Positions 55,053 to 64,000 of a DNA stretch of 64,000 nucleotides are shown one piece after another. The DNA lies in assembly GCA_964304625.1 (NCBI GenBank), contig OZ199838.1, positions 2,705,702-2,769,701 of the forward strand, read 5' to 3'. A program made the translations under genes and the position numbers. The stretch is from Kudoa neothunni. Lineage: Eukaryota; Animalia; Cnidaria. Position 1 is the first letter of the stretch, and each line of letters opens with the position of its first letter. Under the pieces are notes generated by a model. That model searched no databases and had not been told where the DNA came from. It was given only the letters and a program-made list of their open reading frames with translations.

Positions 55053-58000
55053 ATGAGCAGAGTCGAGAGTAATTCACCTAAACGTGAAGCTCATAGAAGA
55101 CAGCAATTTCATCAGAAGATGAACAGTTTGAATATGGATTTCGGAATCAAATTTAGAATCTATCAATCACCCCACATTATACCATTGTTGTTGTTTGTCA
55201 CCATGTATGAGAAATATTCAATCAAAAAAGTTGCTGTCCCAACAATAACAATAGGACGTTTTGAGCTTAGCGAAAATGAAACAATTGATATTCTTCTTTT
55301 CATTTATCTCTCGATCAAATGTGATTACATGGAGTATGGGACGTTCGAAAAAAAAGTGGCAGATTTGTTAAAAAATCAAAGCGAGTTGTTGGACCTGTAT
55401 CATGTGGAGTAATTAGAGATAGTTTCGATATAAAATAACACTAATGACATGCCGTTCGTGTTTGAAAATAGAATGAATTATTTGACCACTGATCTCAGTT
55501 GCTTTACCAGATTTTATGAAAGTATGTACAACCAGTTCTATCCAGTGAGATCTGCCTATGAAAGATTTCCTAATGAAGTGGGTAATTATTGGCGATAGTT
55601 TGTGATTGTGAGTTTGGTGGAGTCGAAAATTGAAAATTTTCGTTTGTAGAAGTGTTTGTGTATGAATGCTTGATTTCGTTTGACGTGAGTGAAGTTTTCC
55701 AAGTGCTGGAACTGATTGAAGATCTAAGATCCCTATACCAAAAGGAAATCAAACATGATAACGTATTCTATGAGATGAGTTCGTTGCCTGAGTTGTACAA
55801 GAATATAAATTTGAAACACCATGTCAAGTGTTTGGTAGGTTCAATCGAAACTTAGGATTATACGGATTTGAATGGGTGCGTATTTATGTATGTGTGTATG
55901 TATGTAGATTGTTAGTTTGGAGAAAGGAAGAAATATCGACTATATTAAAAAGTTCATCCACGATTCCAATAGAGTGGTGGAATTGCTACCCCATATCAAA
56001 CCTTATGTGGTAGTTTTCGCTAGTCGGTTCAAATGAATAGTGATAATTGTCTAAAAAATCTCAACGTAGGATCATCTTATTTGCGTTTTCAACAAACACA
56101 CATGTGCAAACGATGAAAATGATACCATTCTCAAATGGGAGCAACCCAATTTCAATCTTCTCGCAGACAACTACAGCGAACTTGAGATCAAAGTACAAGG
56201 CGAACGAAGCTATTTTAGTGATGATAACACTGCTCCCAATGTATCTGCTCAAGAACGCTCAACCAATGAGGCGGCAAGAGTAATAACGACCGGTATCAAT
56301 GATATAAACCTGGATCGACAATTTCAACTCAAATTCGAAATCATCAGAGACAGTTTCGAAAATGTTCTGATTGGTTTATCTCGATCCAACACCTCCTACC
56401 AACATCTGCAGTCGGTTGTGTCTCAACTACACGATATACTCTACTATTTATTGTCATCCAACAGAAAAGTCGTCATTGAAATGTTTTTAATACATTTTTG
56501 TTTTGTATAGTTCACGTTTGCCGTTAATGATTTGTGAATTTATATGATTTTTATTTAGTGTTGGAATGCTTATGTTGAAGCAAAGTTCAATTGCGCCACC
56601 AATCTCCAAACTGATTCAACACATTCCCAACCAGAAGAAGTGGAAACTATCAATCGTCTCGACTTCAGTCATTTGAAACACGCTCTAAGATCAATACGTA
56701 CACTTGTAAACATCGCTCAAACATCGAATAAAAAACGTTTGACAGATCGATTACGCGTAATTTCATTTCAAATTATATTATTTCACATAAGGAAGTTCTT
56801 ATCTATTGTTAAAATTCTCATTGTAAATATTATACAAAATTTTGCGACATTGTCGTTTTTAACTTTAAAAAATCACACTTGTAGATTACTAATAATGTTG
56901 ATGGTGTATTGCATATTTAATTATTTTTCTAAACTTTTTAAAACCTCATAATTTAAAAATTTTGATGTAAAATAAATATCGAATATTTTTTTTCGAATAT
57001 TTTTACTTAATAATTTGGCTCTAAGTAATATTAATATATTAAGGTTGTAATCATTTTCGGATTACTGACCACGTGATTTCAAAATTTAGACTTTTCTTAG
57101 TATATTTAACTCTAGAAAGCTCACAAAAAATAGTTACTCAATGGCTCAATGCAATGGGCCCCTTTTGGTCCCAAGTATAAATTGATCAAATAAAGTCTGT
57201 TTATTATCGTATAGAGTTCTTTTCTAGTTTATTTAATTAAAAATGAGAAATCACATTTTGTGTAATAATTTCAGGAATCTATAAATTAAATTTATTCATA
57301 GAAAGTGATTTTTGTGATATTTAACTGTTCATTGAATCTTTTAATTCTTTATTATTAATTAAAATTAATTTGGAAAAAAAACTTTAATATATTTAAAACT
57401 TATTATTCTAATCATCATATACGCTATTGATAAGGGGACCTAAATAAGCATCACGTAAAGTTGGTTGTCGAGTGTTTAAAAAGGAGATTAAGTTTTATAC
57501 AACGATATTATTCTTCCCTCATGTTATTTTAATTATCATATTAAATAATATATTACATTCTGTTTACAATATAATTATGGGTCCTTATGAACCCATCTAA
57601 ATTGTAGGATGTCCAACAAGCACTCTAAGAAAAAATGAATTCTCGTCAATACTTTTACACTAATTATTATTAATATGGCTACATCTATTGAAATTAGTAT
57701 ATTATTATAATTCTCGTATTTCTCTTGACGTAGAATACCTTCAATAAATACAAGAAATGACATGATAAAGCAGCCAGTAAATGTTTGTAAATGGGATTTG
57801 TATCCATGCGGAAGTCCTAATTATCGTAAAGTAATATGTATGTGTATCAAAGATAACAAAATTTGATTATTAAAAACAGTTTTAAGGAGAATAAGTCGGA
57901 AAATATAAATACATACATTATACAAATTTGTCATCCAACTAAAGGAAAATTATTTTTATCGCTTGCTCATCAAACCAAAAATAGGATTAAAGGCGGAAAA

Positions 58001-60748
58001 GTATGCCAAAAATCGGTCAATCCTCTTTTCGTCGAAAAAACAAGGATAAAAACATTTTACTGTTTTAAAATTTCACAAATATTATAACAAAAGAGAGTTA
58101 TAATGATTCTTTAGAAATTAGAACGTTTATTATAAGATTTCTTATAGTGCGAAAAATCGGTTAACTACTGTACTCACAAACTTCGTACAGTTTTAATTTT
58201 TTGGAATTTGTTACATTTAATTATTTCCGACACGTCAGTTTGCCCTTAGGGGAGAAATGAGTAAATATATAGTCAAAACTAATGACCTGTGTATAATATT
58301 TCAATACAAATAAACACTTTCATTGCCATAATCAACTTATAAATAGCAAATGAACGAATAATCGGATTAAATCCAGTACGATTTGTTACCTTATGCCGAG
58401 TCATAATGGTAATATACAATAAAAAGTTTTTTGATTTAGAATAAATTCTTAATATTAAAAAATATGATGATAATTTAGGTTTTTAAAAACCATACGCTAA
58501 CATGACATACATTGAATGATTAACATTTTTTGAATATCCATTGCAGCACGGATGAATATTATCTTTGAATTTTATTAATTTTTGGATCGGTTATGAGTAG
58601 TTTACTTTTCCACGCTCAAAAATGCGTATTCAGAATTTGTGATAATTAAATATAGCTTCCATTTTGAACGTTGACTATAAACGATACCACTCCCAAGGAA
58701 TTGTTTTTTAAAACCAAAATCATGCTTGAAATAATCGACGTATTAAATAGTCTTTTTTTAATAGTTGAAATATTTGATTATAAATTTTTTACATTGCAAA
58801 ACCATTTCAATTCAATATTCTTGTTTCAACAGAGATCTTATTTTTAATTTCGGTATCGGCTGATATATGAGGTATATGGGGTTATTCTAATACAGATTCT
58901 GGAGTGAGAATATCTGCTAGCTTTTAGGATTAAAGACATATTTATGATTGGAGTTTCCTTGTATCTTATTATTTTTTCAAATTTCTTGCTTGAAACTTTC
59001 GGTAAACTAAACAAAGGAATATGTAGTCTCGTCCAAATTAACCCTTTCATGCCAAATGTCCACCTCAGTACCACCCACATTAAAAACAGTTGAAATTATA
59101 CGCCTAATTAATTTTTATCACAATAAAATCATAAAATTTAGAATATTGAGTTCATGTAATATATTTTTTAAAAAATCATGAAATGAAATAAAAAATTTGG
59201 GCACGAAAGGGTTAAACAACGGTTTTAATGAATAATTTTGTTTTGAATCGTTCACATAAATTTTACTAAAATTAATGTTTTTTATTAAACATTTTTGGGC
59301 TTATGTTTAATTCGCTTAGATATTGGATGCAAGTGTGCATTGTTGTATGCTTTCGGAGAGTTGGTATTAATTTTAGTTGTCGGAAATCTTTCAATTTTAT
59401 TAACTAAAATATTGATTTTGATGTAAACATACTATCTTATTTATATGTTAAAATGTGTTAATTTGAATAAATAAAAAATTAGTTTACTTAGTTAATCAAT
59501 TTTAATTTTGTGATGTAGGTATTGGAATGCTTCTTAGAATTCTACGAGATTATACATACCTTTAAGGTGATTGACGCTAAAAAGTAAGGTTTAACTTTAT
59601 TTCGATTTGATCTTTTTAGTGGAAATAAGTTAATGCTTATATAATTTTTTAGAATTGAAGAATTTACCACTTTCGCCGGCAAATATCCTGATACCGAGCC
59701 TATTTGTCGTCTCTATCGTAGCTACTGTTATCAGTCTATTGGTTTTATGTAAGGGTTTCTATTTGTGGGGTGTGCTAACAACAATATCTCCTCAGAAATC
59801 CTACCAAATCAATCCTACAATGTATTATCGCCGCAGAGAAAGAGTCTCTACAATATCGTTCCAATTATTTTGTACCAAATGATCTCCACAACAGTTGTCA
59901 AATCTCCATCTACGATCGTGATGATACTATAAATTCGGCTTTTTGTTTGTTGTTACAAATCGAATCCAATCTCAATAACCTTTACAATATGGATCAATTA
60001 GTTGACCAGGATTTCAAATTATTCAATCCTTCTGTAATTAACTTACTAATATATTTTCTATTAATAACTTAAAATCCTTTAATTTTCTAGAGTAAAAACT
60101 TGCAATTTTTGATGTCTCTCAACAAGCTGAATCAATCTTACTTAAGCAAAGATATTGTAAATTATGAGCTCAATTTGTTCAATCTAGCTTCTTATTATCA
60201 TGATTCGAACGAATTTTTGAAACATCAGTATGTTTACATTGTTTATTCAATCGAGGTTTTCAGCTTAAAATTAGATTTTACCGCTATGCGCTTATGAAAG
60301 ATGACTCAAAAAACTGTCCTCAAGCAATTGAAATCTAGGTTGTTTAACTGTTTTGATAACGGTTCTATTTTACTGGATGTTTATTTAGCTATGTTTTTCT
60401 ATGTGATAATGCCAATTTCAGAGACAACGATAAACCTCATATTCATATGACTCACTTTGAAATGCTTCTATGGTATCTATTATACAATCATCATCTTTTG
60501 TATCTTATGATTGTAGCAATGCTATCCTCTATTCAAAAGTCCTAAAACGTATTGGAAACAAATTCGATGCTATAAAAGTGATCACCACGTGTATGGAAAT
60601 GTGCTCTTCTCTCAACTATAACAAATATTTTCTGGTATTAGTGAAACGTTTAGCTAGTTTCACTAAGAGCAACAATCAGGGTATTGCTACAAACTCGCTA
60701 AAACAATTCATCAATAGACATTCTGGTTTTTATTGTAAAAATATCTAA
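55053..60748 (+). CDS. Multi-exon gene, probable anaphase-promoting complex subunit 5 (APC5)-like
   Basis: Many short GT-AG introns and one TE-filled ~2.5-kb intron. Collinear pattern similarity to APC5 as I recall it: SPHIIPLLLFV (TPYKIAVLVLL), VFVYECLISFDVSEVFQVLELIEDL (LFLRHMILAYSKLSFSQVFKLYTAL), IRTLVNIAQTSN (LQEAIRIAQESN), LFNLASYYH. Identity is low and the 3' end is uncertain. Confidence 0.5.
57480..57850 (-). pseudogene. Tc1-like transposase remnant in an intron
   Basis: GCF...LVFIEGILRQEKY resembles Tc1 WGCF...LVFIEG.M....Y. A degenerate WTSYNLD lies downstream, where WPSxSPDL is expected. Confidence 0.4.
59042..59211. mobile_element. piggyBac-type MITE, 170 bp, intronic
   Basis: TTAA|CCCTTTCATGCCAAAT ... 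ATTTGGGCACGAAAGGG|TTAA. Confidence 0.88.
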
Positions 60749-61654
60749 TGTCAGTTGGAAATTTTTGTGTTGTGTGTATCATGGTTCTATTTTTAATTGA
60801 GTTTCGCGCTTATACCAACCTGGTTGCTCATTCTCTTTTGTTACCGAAAAAAATAATGAATTGCGCCATTCGTAACTGTTGACACACACCCTAAGATTTT
60901 GTGAGTAACTTGGGTTTCGTTAAATAATTTATTCATTTTATGTGGAGAATATGATAAGTGGGTTTTAATTAATCTTTCTATTCTTGTGTGTATAAAAACT
61001 TTGAAAAATTCAGGAAATAATGATATCATAGGTTTAAAATTCGTGAAGTGGATTGCACGATTAAATACTAGGGTTAGAATTTGCCTATTTCAGAGTGATA
61101 ATTAGTTGCACATTACGTTCCTCTTTAATTCTAATGTAATCAACCTACCTCTATTTTAGTTACTAATGCGAAATTCTATATTTGCCTTGTAATAAGCGAT
61201 GGGACTTTTAAATGTTATTTTATTAATTGATAAACCTTAGGGTAACATGTATTTAAATAACATAATAAAGCTGCAAAATTTTACTTCTCCATTTTTCTTA
61301 ATACTTTTGAACATTTGTTGTTGTTTTTTGAACTGTAGTCAATTAAATTAATCATTATTTTACATTTAATTAAGTTATCTTTCATAATAATTTTCATATT
61401 TAATATATTACTATAAATATAAACAATAATATTTTATATTTTTTCTTGTTTTCAATATTGTAACTCAGAATATTTAAATACAATCAATATAATTACGTTA
61501 AGCTTCGATCTCGCAGTTAACTAGAAGATAAAATTTTCTATAATGATGAAAATGATTCCAAAAAAATTTATAAACTATAAAAAATAATTATAAACGCTCA
61601 TATATCTTGTAAAAGATTATGTAATTTTTATAAACAAAGAAGAATAACACATTA

Positions 61655-61724
61655 TTGTAGGCAACTGATTTTTCACGCTTATTTCACGGTCTGGAAAGGA
61701 TTGTGAGAAATTGGTTCCCCACTG
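61655..61724. mobile_element. 70-bp minimal pogo-type MITE
   Basis: Imperfect 22-bp inverted ends (TTGTAGGCAACTGATTTTTCAC / CAGTGGGGAACCAATTTCTCAC) with TA flanks; related to the CAGTAGG TIR family. Confidence 0.5.
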
Positions 61725-61861
61725 TATTACATTATTAAAAGGTACTATTTGATGAAAATATTTCTTTCTATTTTCTCAATATACAGGTAATTGGAGAAAA
61801 TAGGTCGTACGAAAAAAATCGCACATTATTAATAACGCTGCTATAAACCACTTACTGATTA

Positions 61862-61890
61862 GATTGGATTGGATTGGATTGGATTTGATT
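61862..61890. repeat. (GGATT)n pentanucleotide microsatellite
   Basis: About 5-6 GATTG units. Confidence 0.8.
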
Positions 61891-62106
61891 AATTCCTATT
61901 TAGAAGACATAAAAAATGAAATATATTATTTGTGAAATAGGAGAAATGCAACGTATTCAAGGAGGAAATCTCTTCTTTAGATATTGATTAATGGGTATTA
62001 TATAAGATGTTATTTTTATCGCACGTATTAATTGCTCAATTTCATAACTTAACAATCCATATGAGCTCAAAAATAAATATTAATTGAGGCATTTATTCGA
62101 AAGATT

Positions 62107-62367
62107 CAGTGGCTGGGGGGTGCTTCGTAATCCCATTGGGACCAAGGAAAAATTACGAACCACGCGTCACTACAAAATCACCTGGAAAAAAAACATAATT
62201 AATTAATTAATTTTTAAATATTATATTTTTATTCTTAATAGTCAAATTAATATTTTTAAATAATTTGAGAGATAAATGACATATCATAATCTTATATGTA
62301 AGTTAATTTTGTAACATAATCTCAAATTACGAACTACACATTATTACGAACCAAACGTCGCCTGCTG
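62107..62367. mobile_element. CAG-terminal MITE, 261 bp
   Basis: CAG...CTG|TA termini with repeated TTACGAAC motifs. Homologous in reverse orientation to 4395-4610 plus 6271-6330. Confidence 0.75.
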
Positions 62368-62373
62368 TAAAAC

Positions 62374-63130
62374 TAGGGTCTGCACTTTTTGATTTGGATC
62401 GGAAAACGTCGATTTTTTTAAAAATATTTCCTCGTTTATTTCCCGATTAAAATAGACATTATTTGTTAGCTATTTTTCGCTTCACTACGTGTAGAAAAAA
62501 AGAGAAATAGACTATTCTATAGACGAATGGACTGATTTAAAAGATGTGAACCATAATTTAGTCTGCATATTTTGTAAACCTACGTTGTCTCTACGACAAA
62601 ATAGAATAATGGAGCACATAAATTCGAAAAAACACGTCTTTAAAGGCATTGTTCGAAAATATACCTCTAATCTCGAATATTTATTTCAGAGATGAGCAGA
62701 ATAACGAGCTAGAAATGGATCTGGGTTCGATTGTCGCATTTGATGGACTTTCATTGTCATTTATTGATAGAAGTAGTAGGTATCATGATGTCTTAGCAAA
62801 ATATTGTTATGCCTGGCAATCCTTGCCTAATGGAAGAACTTTGATCGATCAATATCTTCCTATGATATATAAAAAAAATTCAGATATAATAAAAATTACT
62901 TTGAAGAACGAGAGATTCTCTTTAATAATTGATGAAAGTCTTGATTTTAAAAATAGATCATTATTCAATATAGTGGTTTGTTTTCATGATCCAGAGATTA
63001 ATGATTGGCCCATATTGATGATCGATTCGAAAGTCCTCACTGAATGTGGCTCTGTCATTCTCGCCGACGTAGTTTCCGAGGAACTTAAGAAGAATGAATT
63101 ATCTTGTCAACATTCTTAAATGATAAAAAG
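62374..63130 (+). mobile_element. hAT transposon 5' part (CGGBP1-like zinc finger + DUF659-like core), decayed
   Basis: TAGGGTCTGCA left end; LVCIFC...EHINSKKH zinc finger; PNGRTL...YLP..Y and SLIIDESLD (first catalytic Asp). The ORF breaks at 63119 and the right end is not identified. Confidence 0.72.
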
Positions 63131-64000
63131 GTTAAAATAATGAATAAAGTATCAGGTTTTTTCAATGTTTAACTTTTACACCTACAATAAGATCTCGATA
63201 TTGCGCACTAAATCGGGACCTGAGCTTTTACTTCCCAATAAGAAAACACTGCTCAATATCGAGGATTCGCGCATCGCTACCAGAATAAATTTTTTATTTT
63301 TCAACGAAAAAATGATCTGCCTTATATATATTATTAAATTGAATATGCGAAAGGCATCAATCTAATAATATACGAACTTTTCTTCATCTTGAGTTAAAAT
63401 ATCACGAAGACTGTTGAAGTGATCCAACCATTTTTTGGATTGTTAATATTTAACAGAAAATTCATAAATTCCTTTTAAACGGGGGGTCTCTTTAAATTAA
63501 TCGACGAAAATATATGGAAATTTTATCCCTTCAAATTCAGCGTTCTATAATTCTATTACATGTTTTTTTATTTTTTCATTTCCATTTAATTCAACTTCTT
63601 TATATCATATGTTCGTTGAGTGCATTGTTCTTAGGAAAGAGCGGTCTCATCGAGATAAAAAATATTTTCTTTTTCATATCTACATTTTACCTAATAAAAT
63701 TTGACTACCTAATCATTAACAATATTATCATCAACTTTCCCCCTTCTTCGCAAAGAGTGAATTTTTAAACAACAGAGAATCTTAAAATTTTTTACGGAAA
63801 CCTTTCGTTCCATTTAAATCAGTGATTTAAGATCATCGGCCAAAAGTTTTGCCTTCTCAGTACTAAAAACTCTAGAATATTTGTCTTTTTTTGGTATTCT
63901 GACACAATCCGGACATATAACGCAATCTGAGGTTTGACGTATGTTTTATTAGTAATTCCTTTACTGAGAGAAAACAACATTGGAGATCATTAGATAGAAT

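Overview
Very AT-rich eukaryotic (animal) genomic DNA with compact genes and very short GT-AG introns, mostly about 38-52 nt. An integrin alpha and class A GPCRs indicate a metazoan. The strong protein divergence, tiny introns and GPCR type are compatible with a reduced parasite such as a myxozoan cnidarian, but this is inference only. Host genes reconstructed by hand: two paralogous orphan rhodopsin-class GPCRs (2508-3851 -, 20726-22897 +); a CDK1/2-type kinase (10053-11248 -) head-to-head with ORC4 (11785-13523 +); an AAK1/BMP2K (NAK) kinase with an NPF-rich tail; an integrin alpha; a TBC1D12/14 Rab-GAP head-to-head with a probable APC5 subunit; and one unidentified multi-exon gene. Roughly a third of the window is decayed cut-and-paste DNA transposons and their MITEs, often nested: Merlin x3, piggyBac x3, pogo/Tigger, MULE with a PHD finger, several hAT, and possible Tc1 and P remnants. 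I saw no rRNA, tRNA, CRISPR or reverse transcriptase. The most notable observations are: (1) an eroded cell-cycle pair, with PSTAIRE changed to PSNTLRE and a +1 frame break before kinase subdomain XI in the CDK, and dead Walker A/B motifs but an intact arginine finger in ORC4; (2) GPCRs lacking DRY/NPxxY, with all introns confined to ICL3; (3) an integrin alpha lacking GFFKR; (4) transposases carrying host-sized micro-introns. I found no evidence for a wholly new multi-gene system.
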